This document shows positions 1-9,904 of a DNA stretch of 64,000 nt, piece after piece. Every line of letters starts with the position of its first letter. The stretch's first letter is position 1. Made by a program: the position numbers and the translations under genes. Location of the stretch: NCBI GenBank assembly GCA_040880545.1, contig JBBDIE010000099.1, positions 15,944 through 79,943 on the forward strand, given 5' to 3'. This DNA is from Bacteroidales bacterium (GTDB lineage: Bacteria > Bacteroidota > Bacteroidia > Bacteroidales > GCA-2748055). The notes under the pieces are model-generated. The model made no database searches. It was not told the DNA's origin and was given only the letters and a program-made list of their open reading frames with translations.

Positions 1-2124
1 CTGACCCATTGCATTGTATACCTCAATCCTTCTCAGGGGATCCATAATACTCAGATAAAGCATTTCTGTTGCCGGATTTGGATAGGTTTTCAGACCAAAC
101 TGTACCTTATCGCTTTTGACATTATCAGGTTGTCCAAACCCGTAATAGAAGTCATCAAAGTATGTCCAGTCTGCATGCGCATCATCAAAGTCTGGTTTTG
201 CCTCTGTGATATGATCCGGGTTATCGCTCAGGTCATTATCGAGGAACATGGTAAGCGTTCCTCCAATATCACCCGCAGGATTGGTCCAGAACAGTTTCCA
301 TTCTGTCCAGTCGGTCACTGCCGGGAGGTCCCATATTGCTCCCAGATCATTGTAGGTAGTACTCAGGGTATCGATATCATACGTGGTTTCGATGGTGTAA
401 TTGTAATCAATCACAACAAACATGGTATCGATTACCACAGGATCGGCAACAGTTCCGGTAGCAGCCATAAAGTTATCCACAAAGCCCAGATCATCAGCAT
501 TATAAGTGCCAATAATATTAAAGCTTATGTTGGCAGGAGATGTCATGGATGCATCAGCAATCCATGTTCCTGTGGTGAATTCAAAACGGAACTTTCTCCA
601 ATAGTCTGAATTGAGCATCCAGGTAATTGAATTATTTTCTGCAGTTGCGTTATACGGTACGATGCCATCAGGGTCAGCAACCGGGTCATATCCTGTGGAT
701 GACAGATCCAGAATAAACTGAAGTTGGCCTTTGTACATAAACTCCAGAATGTAGCTGGTATTATCTTCCAGATCCACATATCCTTCCGCTCCACCCCAGT
801 TTGGATCTCCGGGTAGCCATAGCGCTTCCGGACTTGACCAGAATGCATCATTTACTGTGGCCGCTGCCCAGTCATCCCACCCATAATTATCAGAACCGGA
901 CCATACCCAGGCTCCTTCGGTAAGTTTCAGGCTCTCCGGATTGTCAAAGTTCTGAGATGCTAGTATCGTTGCCGTATTAAGCGTCATTGTATCTATGTAC
1001 AGCTCAAAAATTTCCTCAATACTTCCCTGGTCCGCCACAGTGAAGGTATCAATGAAAGTTTCCACTGTGTCGACAAAAGTCGCCACTGTATCCAGTTCGT
1101 AAATTGGATTATCGAGGTCCTCATAGAGGGAGGCTCCGGCAGGAAGAGGAAAAGATTCCTGGGTAATTCCATAGTCATCATAAAATTCAAGGGCAATCTT
1201 CGCATCGTTGCCTTTGTACCAGAAACTAAGTTCCATATCCTGACCTTCAGCGCCCAGTGTCGGGAGATAATAGGTAACATTCCGGTCCTCAGCATAGGCA
1301 TCTCCTTCAGGTCCTGTCATATAATCCATCAGGCGCAGACTTTGCAGTCCTGCATCTGAATGATTTTCGGTGACAGACAAAAAGTCGGAAGGCAAAAATG
1401 CATCCCAGGGGGCCAGATTCAACAGCCATTCGGTATTCAGCTCCAGGAACTCAAAATCACCATTTACTATGGCCAGTTCTTCTTCCCCGGAATATTGTCC
1501 GTCATACCATTCACCATAATAAAAGTCATCCACATAGGCCGGTTCGTAGGCACCAAACCACATGGTGGTATTTCCCCAACCGGGAATAGTCCCCGGGAAA
1601 TCCCAAACAAATTCAAAGTAGGTCCAGTCTTCAGTATAATTATCATCGCCCCCGAAATTGAACTGGAGGGCATCCTGCCCTGATCCTCCCCACAATGCTG
1701 TATCTGCACCGACGTATTGTGCCAGAGATGGGTGAAGATCTTCGAAGGTCATCCCTACATCGCGGTAAATGAAGTTCCAGTAAGTTTCAAAATAACCTTT
1801 GTACCAGAAACTTGCTTTGAATTTTTTCTCCTCGTGTCCGCGAACAGGATAGGAGACCCAGATGTAGGCGCCGGGAACTATATTCATACTCCAGTTCCCT
1901 GAATGCGAATCATCGTCTGTCAAAAATGAAGAAGGGTGCGATACGATACCGTTGGAACCATAAATTGGATCCCAGCTTCCGTACCAGAAGATAGCGTTCA
2001 GATCATGCTCCATATTGGCATTCTGGATATAATTTGTCGGAATATCCTGAGCTTCAACCGGAGCCTGCCATCCATAAATAAACAGGACAGCAATAATCAG
2101 CAGTAGTAAACGTCTTGTTTTCAT
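1..2124 (-). CDS. Secreted multi-module beta-sandwich (CBM4/9-like) protein with T9SS C-terminal sorting domain; C-terminal end runs off the window
   Basis: Absent from the supplied ORF track because it is open-ended. I read every codon of the minus frame from ATG (2124-2122) to base 1 and found no stop in 708 codons. The N-terminus MKTRRLLLLIIAVLFIYGWQAPVEAQ is a signal peptide. There are repeated modules with SFWYKG / SFWYKGN / FMYKGQ strand motifs. The last residues KTYPNPATEMLYLSIMDPLRRIEVYNAMGQ fit the Por/T9SS C-terminal domain pattern. Confidence 0.8.
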   Translation of the reverse strand, partial: MKTRRLLLLIIAVLFIYGWQAPVEAQDIPTNYIQNANMEHDLNAIFWYGSWDPIYGSNGIVSHPSSFLTDDDSHSGNWSMNIVPGAYIWVSYPVRGHEEKKFKASFWYKGYFETYWNFIYRDVGMTFEDLHPSLAQYVGADTALWGGSGQDALQFNFGGDDNYTEDWTYFEFVWDFPGTIPGWGNTTMWFGAYEPAYVDDFYYGEWYDGQYSGEEELAIVNGDFEFLELNTEWLLNLAPWDAFLPSDFLSVTENHSDAGLQSLRLMDYMTGPEGDAYAEDRNVTYYLPTLGAEGQDMELSFWYKGNDAKIALEFYDDYGITQESFPLPAGASLYEDLDNPIYELDTVATFVDTVETFIDTFTVADQGSIEEIFELYIDTMTLNTATILASQNFDNPESLKLTEGAWVWSGSDNYGWDDWAAATVNDAFWSSPEALWLPGDPNWGGAEGYVDLEDNTSYILEFMYKGQLQFILDLSSTGYDPVADPDGIVPYNATAENNSITWMLNSDYWRKFRFEFTTGTWIADASMTSPANISFNIIGTYNADDLGFVDNFMAATGTVADPVVIDTMFVVIDYNYTIETTYDIDTLSTTYNDLGAIWDLPAVTDWTEWKLFWTNPAGDIGGTLTMFLDNDLSDNPDHITEAKPDFDDAHADWTYFDDFYYGFGQPDNVKSDKVQFGLKTYPNPATEMLYLSIMDPLRRIEVYNAMGQ

Positions 2125-2179
2125 AAGCTTTTACATTTAGTTTAGTAATTCAAAATCATGGATAAATTATTTTCAATGA

Positions 2180-3739
2180 TCATTTTAGTTTTAGTGGCAG
2201 ATACCAGTTCTCCGTATCCATTAATCTGTTCCTGACCTCTTCTCTTTTGTATTCATCACTGAATTTAGCGGCTACTTTTTCGGCCAGGTATGCCGGATCC
2301 TCACGATGTCTGGCAATTCGTATCAGGTCGAACCACCGATGACCTTCAAAAGCAAGCTCAAGGGCACGTTCTTCCATAATCAGATTTTCCACCGGCTCCA
2401 CCAGCCTCGGATCTTCCACACTTACGCCGGTCAGGTTGACCCTGGTCCGTGTTCCTGTACCCCAGGCCGATTTATAGAGATTTCCATCGTTCAGATGTGC
2501 CAGGGCATCAGCCGTCAACCTCAATCGTGCATACGTTTCACAGGTCTTCAGATGAAAATCGGCGGTACGATAGATGATTAATCCCGCATCATTGTCGTAA
2601 GGCTCCCTGTGCAGTGAATACTTGGTGACAACCGGTCGGCCGTTGATACTGTCGTATGAGACTCCTTTTCCCCTGTTAAGATCACCGGGCGCTCCACGCT
2701 CATGGTCCACCTGGATTTCATAACGAATCACTTGCTGAGCCTGGTAGGTATTAACCATATAGTCCGTTGGCCTTACCAGGTAATCTCCCCCTTCACCATA
2801 ATAAAATAGCCTTTGCAGATTATGTTGCTGATTGTATAATTTTGAGAAGGGGACTACGAATATGGTCAGGGTTTCAAACGAGCTTGAACTGTAATTAAAC
2901 TGGAACAGGGTCTTCCAGTTAACATCCTGGAAATCCCATGCATTGATATACGGGAGTCGGGTAGTACCGGAAAATCCTTCCAGGGCAAGAATACTGATAA
3001 CCTTATCGAAAGATCTTTTAGCCGCTGCATAATTGTTTCTCCAAAGATGAATATCCCCCTGAAGGGCCCAATTGGTGAATTTATTAAACCTGATTGCAAA
3101 AAACGGACTCTCCAACAGCATGTTTAAATCAAACGTATCCAGTTCTGTAATCTGGGCAAGAATGGTATCCAGAATATAATCTTCACTGTTCATTATGTCA
3201 AGCCTGGGTTCCATTTCCTTTGCCTGGTTGTAGTTGCTCAACGGTTCCTCAAAGTAGGGGGCCTCCCCATAGACCTGAACCAATTTAAAATAAATCCAGG
3301 CCCTGATAAGCTTTAATTCAGCAACATAACCCCTGTATTCCAGGTCGGTCAGATTCTTGTCGTTTTCCCTGGCGATATGCAGTTTATCCAATATCTCATT
3401 GCAATTCACGATTACCTTGAAGAACCCGGAGGGATCCGCATAGGCATTAAATGCATCAGCATTATGCTCATTCAGTTGTCTCAGGTCATTGTCGGCATTT
3501 CCTGTGACCGTCAGAAGATCACCCTGAAGTTCTCCGAGAATGAGGAGTTGTTGGGCTACTTCCTGTAATAGCCCATAGACCCCCATTACAGATGACCGGG
3601 CAGAAAACTCATCCACAAATGCTTTATCTTCAGGAAGAAGGCTGCCATTGGGCATCTCAAGCATTTTCTCGCAGGATGAAAAAATAATTGCTACACCAAG
3701 GGTAAAAGCTGTGAGATGATATATGAAATTCATTTTCAT
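2180..3739 (-). CDS. SusD/RagB family nutrient-binding outer-membrane lipoprotein
   Basis: 519 aa with lipobox IIFSSC-EKM. It has the SusD-type C-terminal region (HRWFDLIRIARH ... NWYLPLKLK). It starts 20 nt after the stop of a SusC-like gene. Confidence 0.9.
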   Translation of the reverse strand: MKMNFIYHLTAFTLGVAIIFSSCEKMLEMPNGSLLPEDKAFVDEFSARSSVMGVYGLLQEVAQQLLILGELQGDLLTVTGNADNDLRQLNEHNADAFNAYADPSGFFKVIVNCNEILDKLHIARENDKNLTDLEYRGYVAELKLIRAWIYFKLVQVYGEAPYFEEPLSNYNQAKEMEPRLDIMNSEDYILDTILAQITELDTFDLNMLLESPFFAIRFNKFTNWALQGDIHLWRNNYAAAKRSFDKVISILALEGFSGTTRLPYINAWDFQDVNWKTLFQFNYSSSSFETLTIFVVPFSKLYNQQHNLQRLFYYGEGGDYLVRPTDYMVNTYQAQQVIRYEIQVDHERGAPGDLNRGKGVSYDSINGRPVVTKYSLHREPYDNDAGLIIYRTADFHLKTCETYARLRLTADALAHLNDGNLYKSAWGTGTRTRVNLTGVSVEDPRLVEPVENLIMEERALELAFEGHRWFDLIRIARHREDPAYLAEKVAAKFSDEYKREEVRNRLMDTENWYLPLKLK

Positions 3740-3758
3740 TGCAATTTCTTTAATTCCT

Positions 3759-6700
3759 TTACAGACCTACCTTGATTCCTACAATCATCGTTCGGGGCTG
3801 GGGATACTTTCCATAATCAATGCCCTGTCCCAGAACCCCGTCAGAATAGCTGAATTCAGGATCGTACCCCAGGTATCTAGTGATGGTAAGGAGGTTGGTA
3901 CCGGTCAGGTAAACATTCAGATTATTTACAAATGCCAGTTTTGCCGGAAATGTGTAAGAGAGTGTGAGGCTCTTCAATCGAAAATATGAGCCATCTTCGA
4001 TCCACCTGCTCGAAAACCGGCTATTGCCCATCGGATCCCCAAAGACTGCCTTCGGGATGGATGTCTCCTGGCCATCTGCCACCCACCTGTTATATACTGC
4101 TGTAGTCTGGTTATCATAATTATCCATGGATTCCATTTCAGACCTGAGGTAATTAAACAGATCCAACCCTCCCGTATACTGTAACAGGATTCCAAGGGAG
4201 ATTCCCTTGTACGAAATCCGGTTATAAAGCCCTGCCACATAGTCAGGATGCGGGTCACCTATTACGGTTTTATCGCCCTCATCAATGATCCCGTTTTCAT
4301 CAAGGTCAGCAAACAAAATATCTCCGGCATTGAAGCGCCTGCCGGCTTTATCTACAAGATTGATTTCATCCGCCTCCTGTTGTGAACTAATTACCCCCAG
4401 GGATTGGTAACCGTAAAATAACCCCATGGGAGAACCCTCTTTCGATATTTTCTCCCCGCCGTTAAAGCTGGTTACAATCTGCTCATCTGCCAGGGATATA
4501 ACCTTGTTACTATATTGCATGAAGTTCATGTCTGCTTCCCAGCGCAGTGAGCCATTCAATATCCTGCCATACAAACTGATCTCTGTTCCCCGGTTTTCAC
4601 TGGTGCCACTGTTGGCCAGGTAGGTTGGGTACCCATAATACCCCGGAAGCTCCTGGTGGGTAATCATATCCTCTGTGCGGGACAAGTACCAGTTGGTATT
4701 CAGAATCAATCGTTCATGGTACATCGCAAGGTCCAGTCCGGTATTAAAAGTTTTCACCGCTTCCCACTTCAGATTTGGATTAAACAGTCCGTTGAGGGTA
4801 AATCCGGTAATGGAGTAATATGGAATGGTGGAATAGTATAATTGTGTATAGTAGCCCGGGAATTCATCACTGCCAGTCAGTCCGTAAGAGACCCTCCATT
4901 TCAGTTCATCCAGCATATCAAGCTCGGGCATAAAGGACTCGGAGGAAATCCTCCAGGCAAGTCCAAGGGAGGGAAGAACAGCAAAAGGATAGCCTGCCAT
5001 CATCATTCCTTCCTCCACCTCTTTGCCAAATTTTGAAGATGCATCCAGGGATAGGTTTGCCCGGACAATATACCGGTCATCAAATATATATCCTGCTGAT
5101 ACAAAATAATTTAACCAGCTCCACCGGTCCTCATAACCGTTCACGGATTTCTCATCCACCTTCCCCGAGTTCAGGTCCTTGAATTCATCCGTTGCAGAAT
5201 TCTGTGCGTAACCGGCATCCTGACTAAGCCTGTTTAACATATACCTGGCCCCGGCATCCACAGAAAAATCATGGAGGTAATTGAAACGGTTCAGATAGCT
5301 GATCCGGGCTTCTCCCAGGATGGAATAATATTGATCCACTTTAACCTTTATGGAACGGTCTGCAGAACCATCTCCCAATTGTGCCATTCCCCGGGATGGA
5401 ATAAATATTTTCTCATTGGCCTTAAGTCTGTCAAGTCCAAATTGTCCACGTATGGAGAGTTTATCGGAAAGCTTGAGTTTCACATATGAAACACCCAGGA
5501 ATTTTGACGTACCGTTGGATGCATCCACTTTATTCACAACAACAGCCGGGTTGCTGATATCAAAATCAGCCACATCATCATAAACAGGCAAACTGGTTCC
5601 CTCCTGGTCCTTCTGATATACCGCGAGTATCGGTGATTTGATCAGGCTTGCAAATATCGGATTGGTTTGCCTTATGGACCCGGACTCCATCAGGTTTGAC
5701 TTGCCTGCTGAATACCCAAGATTGAAACCTATATCCAGCTTGGGGGAAACCTGTACAATGGAGTTGAACCTGAAATTAAACCTGTTGTATGAACTATTAT
5801 TAACTATTGCTTCATTGGTAAGGTATCCCCCAGACAAGGCATAGGAAGCCCTCGCATCACCACCCCTGACAGTAAGATGGGCATTGGAAAGATTCCCTGT
5901 TCGAAAAACCTCATTTTGCCAGTTGGTGTTGTTATTGTATCTCGAAAAATAAAGATAATCGGGATTAAATTCCATGAAAGGATATTCAGAAAATATCTCC
6001 GCACTACTAAGTCCGGCACTGTACATCTGTTCCATGATATAAGAACTGAAGTGGTCACTATCCATCACCGGAATTTGCGGAGGTGCCATGGATAATCCCC
6101 CGGAAACAGAAACATCCATCGTGGTCTTCCCTCCTTCCGGAAGCGTAGTAGTAATCAGTAATACACCGTTTGAACCTTTGATACCCCAGGAACCTGTTGC
6201 AGCTGCATCTTTTAATAATACAATACTCGAAATGTCCTTTTCGTCAAGATCAATCAATGGGTTGTGATAAAAACCGTTAATAACCGGATTGTCAAATCCC
6301 CCTCTTTTCTGGATCATCCCATCAATAACTACCAGCGGAAGGGAAGTTGAATAAAGGGAAGCGTAACCCCGCGAACTCAAATACGCTCCTTCACCCGGCA
6401 TTCCTGACCGGTTGGTAACCATCAATCCACTCATTCTTCCCTGGAGTTCCTGTTCAAATGAAGGAGTAGATGTTGGAAACTGATCCCCTCTTCTTATGCT
6501 CTCCACTGCGGCAGGAATATCCTTCCAGGGTATTTCCCTGAAAATCATGTCGGTTGGTTGGGCTACTGAATGTTCATCCTCCCCTGATAACCAAACGGTG
6601 ATCGAATTCCGGCCATGTACAAATACCTTCTTGTTCATATACCCGGGATAAGAGACCAGAATCTGTTCGTTTTTATCGGGTAGCGCAATTTCAAAGAAGC

Positions 6701-6914
6701 CATCACTGTTCGTATTTACAGGCTCCATGGATGCATTTACTGCACTGATGCTAATATTTTGAAGAGGAAGACCTGATTGTGCAGAATATATCCATCCCTG
6801 CACATGGAACACCGAATCCTGACCGGATATTTCCGTGACCCAGTGGAATGCCAGGAACAATGCAAACAGGCAGACCAGCTTTCTACTATTTTGTATAGAT
6901 CTCATCCGGTACAA
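3759..6914 (-). CDS. SusC/RagA family TonB-dependent outer-membrane transporter
   Basis: 1051 aa with a signal peptide. It has an N-terminal carboxypeptidase-regulatory-like domain (VQGWIYSAQSGLPLQNISISAV..NSDGFFEI) and a plug (LSSRGYASL..LPLVVIDGM). The SusC-type NTNWQNEVFR motif is present, and the beta-barrel ends in ..RTMIVGIKVGL. The start may be M4 (6905). Confidence 0.92.
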   Translation of the reverse strand: MYRMRSIQNSRKLVCLFALFLAFHWVTEISGQDSVFHVQGWIYSAQSGLPLQNISISAVNASMEPVNTNSDGFFEIALPDKNEQILVSYPGYMNKKVFVHGRNSITVWLSGEDEHSVAQPTDMIFREIPWKDIPAAVESIRRGDQFPTSTPSFEQELQGRMSGLMVTNRSGMPGEGAYLSSRGYASLYSTSLPLVVIDGMIQKRGGFDNPVINGFYHNPLIDLDEKDISSIVLLKDAAATGSWGIKGSNGVLLITTTLPEGGKTTMDVSVSGGLSMAPPQIPVMDSDHFSSYIMEQMYSAGLSSAEIFSEYPFMEFNPDYLYFSRYNNNTNWQNEVFRTGNLSNAHLTVRGGDARASYALSGGYLTNEAIVNNSSYNRFNFRFNSIVQVSPKLDIGFNLGYSAGKSNLMESGSIRQTNPIFASLIKSPILAVYQKDQEGTSLPVYDDVADFDISNPAVVVNKVDASNGTSKFLGVSYVKLKLSDKLSIRGQFGLDRLKANEKIFIPSRGMAQLGDGSADRSIKVKVDQYYSILGEARISYLNRFNYLHDFSVDAGARYMLNRLSQDAGYAQNSATDEFKDLNSGKVDEKSVNGYEDRWSWLNYFVSAGYIFDDRYIVRANLSLDASSKFGKEVEEGMMMAGYPFAVLPSLGLAWRISSESFMPELDMLDELKWRVSYGLTGSDEFPGYYTQLYYSTIPYYSITGFTLNGLFNPNLKWEAVKTFNTGLDLAMYHERLILNTNWYLSRTEDMITHQELPGYYGYPTYLANSGTSENRGTEISLYGRILNGSLRWEADMNFMQYSNKVISLADEQIVTSFNGGEKISKEGSPMGLFYGYQSLGVISSQQEADEINLVDKAGRRFNAGDILFADLDENGIIDEGDKTVIGDPHPDYVAGLYNRISYKGISLGILLQYTGGLDLFNYLRSEMESMDNYDNQTTAVYNRWVADGQETSIPKAVFGDPMGNSRFSSRWIEDGSYFRLKSLTLSYTFPAKLAFVNNLNVYLTGTNLLTITRYLGYDPEFSYSDGVLGQGIDYGKYPQPRTMIVGIKVGL

Positions 6915-8367
6915 GTTTTATATAATCTAAAAAAATGGAGTTGTATCCTACCAGGGGCAACTCATCCACGACAGTCATTCTAACTGTTTTGGTACCAAAA
7001 TCATTAAAGGTGTGGGTCCCTGATTCAACTAATTCAAAACTCCCCTTCGCCCAGTTATCCACCGGGGGGCCTACATTTACAAACTCTCCTGAAGCTTCAT
7101 CCCTAACAGATAGCTGATAATGGGATGGTCCCTGCTTCGGTCCGGTCCAGACAAACCAGTAGGTGGTTTTCAAAACCATATTAACTTTAAATTCCATGTA
7201 ATCGCCAACAAATTTGCACCCATAGGAAACGTAAGATCCCCTGGATGCTCTTGTATCACTCAGTACCTCAACGGGGTAGACCGTATTGGAAACGGTTCTG
7301 TTCTCTTTCCTGTCGCACTCGATAGTAATTGGCAGGAGAAAATATTCTTTTGGAATGGTCATGTCTCCAAGCAAGTGGACCACCCCGTTGCTCACTTCCA
7401 CATCGGTCTCAAAAAATGTGAGCATGCCAATATCAATGGATTTATCTGTAACTGAATTAATTGTGTCGGGTAAATCTTCAACTTTATAGGCTTTCCTTGC
7501 AAAACTTCCACTAAAGGTTATAAACAAAAGCTGATTATAAGTCTCCTCATCCAACTCATTAATATTTCCAAAATAGATTGAAACCTCATCAAGCGCATCC
7601 AGCACATCCGTATTTGAAGGAATAAATGCCGTGAATGCCTCTGCTTCCCTGTTCAATCCGGCAATATTGTCCAGAAAATAATTTTCTTCCCGCCATACAG
7701 TATCATAAATGGTATTGCCATCATCATCAACTCCGATGCGTTCACTTTTATCATAATCGATGAACCTGGAATCCATGGAAGCAAGAAAATCCTGCAGGAT
7801 GCTGTATGAGTCATCCAGATTCATTACATATTCATAAACATTTGGCCTGGGTATCAACAGCTGGTCAATTTCGTGGAGCACTCCGTTCTGACAATAAGTA
7901 TCCACATTATCCATATTGATCATCGCATTGAAAATTGCAAACTGATTGTTCTCCACAGATTCTAATTTCAGATATTTTCCGGCCCTGGTCAGCATATTGA
8001 TATCGCCGAAATCCTGGGAGAAAATTTTTGAGTAGAGTATATGAAAATTGATTATCTGTTTCCATTGGTCATCTGTAAACTGCGGTAATCCATCAAAGGC
8101 AGCATTAACAGGAATAAAAACGGTAAAATATTGACTCCTGGTTAATAACTTATCAAACCCGTAATTGAGGAGTGCCTCATAAAACATACTGTAATTTTCA
8201 TCCTGTGCGATCATCTCCAGGACATTCAGACCTATCTGTTCCGGTTCGGATTCAAAATGTTCCTTCCACTCATCATTTAACATACATGAATGGCTCAATC
8301 CGAACAGTAGTATCACCATGACCAGGATCACTAAACTGTTTAACTTGTATGTACATTTATTACGCAT
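6886..8367 (-). CDS. Fasciclin (FAS1) domain surface lipoprotein with C-terminal beta-sandwich (CBM-like) domain
   Basis: 493 aa with lipobox LSHSC. FAS1 hallmarks are FTVFIPVNAAF and NGVLHEIDQLLIP, and a second FAS1-like unit has FTAFIPSNTDV .. NGVVHLLGDM. The C-terminal ~130 aa end in IFLDYIKLVP, as in CBM6/35-like modules. Confidence 0.8.
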   Translation of the reverse strand: MRNKCTYKLNSLVILVMVILLFGLSHSCMLNDEWKEHFESEPEQIGLNVLEMIAQDENYSMFYEALLNYGFDKLLTRSQYFTVFIPVNAAFDGLPQFTDDQWKQIINFHILYSKIFSQDFGDINMLTRAGKYLKLESVENNQFAIFNAMINMDNVDTYCQNGVLHEIDQLLIPRPNVYEYVMNLDDSYSILQDFLASMDSRFIDYDKSERIGVDDDGNTIYDTVWREENYFLDNIAGLNREAEAFTAFIPSNTDVLDALDEVSIYFGNINELDEETYNQLLFITFSGSFARKAYKVEDLPDTINSVTDKSIDIGMLTFFETDVEVSNGVVHLLGDMTIPKEYFLLPITIECDRKENRTVSNTVYPVEVLSDTRASRGSYVSYGCKFVGDYMEFKVNMVLKTTYWFVWTGPKQGPSHYQLSVRDEASGEFVNVGPPVDNWAKGSFELVESGTHTFNDFGTKTVRMTVVDELPLVGYNSIFLDYIKLVPDEIYTK

Positions 8368-8372
8368 AATTA

Positions 8373-9902
8373 TTAATCATCTACCGGCCAGAGGGCCAGG
8401 TAATCAAAATTTCCAAATCCATCTTCCAGTGAAACAAACCTGATCTTGTGTGCATTAGTCTCCGAAAGGATCAGTCTGCCCAAATACTGGTTCGTATTAT
8501 AATCTCTTTTCCATTCAACCCCCGGCCATCTTTTCTGGTGTACGAAACTAAACGTATCGCCAAATCTTGCACCATCCCAAAAAGCCTGTGCCCATCCTGT
8601 ATTAATGGGATGGCTTGCCCAGTGAAAGTAGACGTCATACCGGCCACGCATAACTGCAGGCAGTTCAAACTCAATCACCCAGCCAACCTTTTCAGAGGTA
8701 GTCTGGAGGTTGGTCTCCCCGTCAGCAAGGATTGAATTTCTATAGTAGATTCCGGTTCTATCTGTGCTGATTCCCCGGATCGATTCCACTTCGAGTTCCG
8801 TATAAGTTTTTCCAATGTGAATTCCCTGGTAATCGGTAAGGTCAATGTACAGATATACCGGAAGCGGTTCCGCAGGCTCCAGAATATTGTCGATCACATG
8901 AAAAGCTCCGTTTTTCGCCTGCTGGTTAGATTCCTCCTCTACAACTGTGATGGTTTGACTGATAGGTTGACCGTTAAGGTCGTTTGCCTGTCTGTTAATA
9001 TAAATCTTGTCCTCCAGTTGAATATTAATCAGGTAGTTCTCAGCAAGGGTTGGGTAGTTGAATGTATCAATCTCATTCAGGTAATGAAATCCAGGTACCA
9101 CATGATAGGCAACATAACGGTACAAACCATCCGCTTTATTGGTTGGGTCCCCCGTATCGGAATATTTTGATACCAGGTCATTGACGGTCGATATTCCGTT
9201 TTGTAAATAGGTCTCATCTGACTCCACGAACAACGTAAACCGGCTCCTGATGAAAACATTTTTATACAGGTTGATGGAAATAATATCAAGGCTGTCGGCA
9301 ATACCTGTTAAAACAAGCGCATCATGGAATATGGAAAAATATCCCGACTCTTCCAGCCGGTCTATTACTGAACCAACGATGGGATCAAGAACTTTATCAA
9401 TTTTGTGGATGACACCATTTTCAACGTGTATGTCGCGTTTGGAGATTGTGGCATCATTGACCATGATGGAGGTCAGGCCACCTTCCGAGAATGTCACCAC
9501 AAGATAGTCTCCGGAACTGGTGGTATCCGGGATCACTCCATCCCTGAAATAGGCACTTTCAATTTCAACATTCAACAGGTGATATTTGACCAGTGTAACC
9601 AGGAAGTCTGTTTCAAAATCTTCCACCGTAGCTTTACCATGAGATTCACAGAATGCAGCAAAAGCCTCGTCACCAGGGGCAAAAAAAGTATAGTGGCCGT
9701 AGGCATTCAGCGTGGATTTCAGGTTGGTTATTTCCAGTACCCTGATCAATGTTGCATACTCGTCTTCATGCTCTTCAAGATAATCGGAGATAAGCAACTC
9801 CTCCTCGGTGAAGAAAACTTCGTCTGTCTCCTCCTCTAAACAACCGGCCATCGAACATGTCAACGCGCTAATTATCAATATATACTGAAATTTTCTTATC
9901 AT
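8373..9902 (-). CDS. Fasciclin (FAS1) domain surface lipoprotein with C-terminal beta-sandwich (CBM-like) domain
   Basis: 509 aa with lipobox SMAGC followed by an acidic run (LEEETDE), which fits a Bacteroidetes surface-export signal. FAS1 motifs are YTFFAPGDEAFAAF, NGVIHKIDKVLDP and NGAFHVIDNILEP. The C-terminal domain ends in FDYLALWPV. Confidence 0.82.
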   Translation of the reverse strand: MIRKFQYILIISALTCSMAGCLEEETDEVFFTEEELLISDYLEEHEDEYATLIRVLEITNLKSTLNAYGHYTFFAPGDEAFAAFCESHGKATVEDFETDFLVTLVKYHLLNVEIESAYFRDGVIPDTTSSGDYLVVTFSEGGLTSIMVNDATISKRDIHVENGVIHKIDKVLDPIVGSVIDRLEESGYFSIFHDALVLTGIADSLDIISINLYKNVFIRSRFTLFVESDETYLQNGISTVNDLVSKYSDTGDPTNKADGLYRYVAYHVVPGFHYLNEIDTFNYPTLAENYLINIQLEDKIYINRQANDLNGQPISQTITVVEEESNQQAKNGAFHVIDNILEPAEPLPVYLYIDLTDYQGIHIGKTYTELEVESIRGISTDRTGIYYRNSILADGETNLQTTSEKVGWVIEFELPAVMRGRYDVYFHWASHPINTGWAQAFWDGARFGDTFSFVHQKRWPGVEWKRDYNTNQYLGRLILSETNAHKIRFVSLEDGFGNFDYLALWPVDD

Positions 9903-9904
9903 AT

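Noticed and set aside
130-1902. Track ORFs 130..609(+), 543..851(-), 993..1301(-), 1360..1683(+), 1398..1589(+), 1467..1709(-) and 1717..1902(+)
   Set aside because: All lie inside a 708-codon uninterrupted minus-strand frame that encodes a protein with a signal peptide, repeated modules and a T9SS tail. Their own translations are low-complexity or odd in composition, so they are shadow ORFs.
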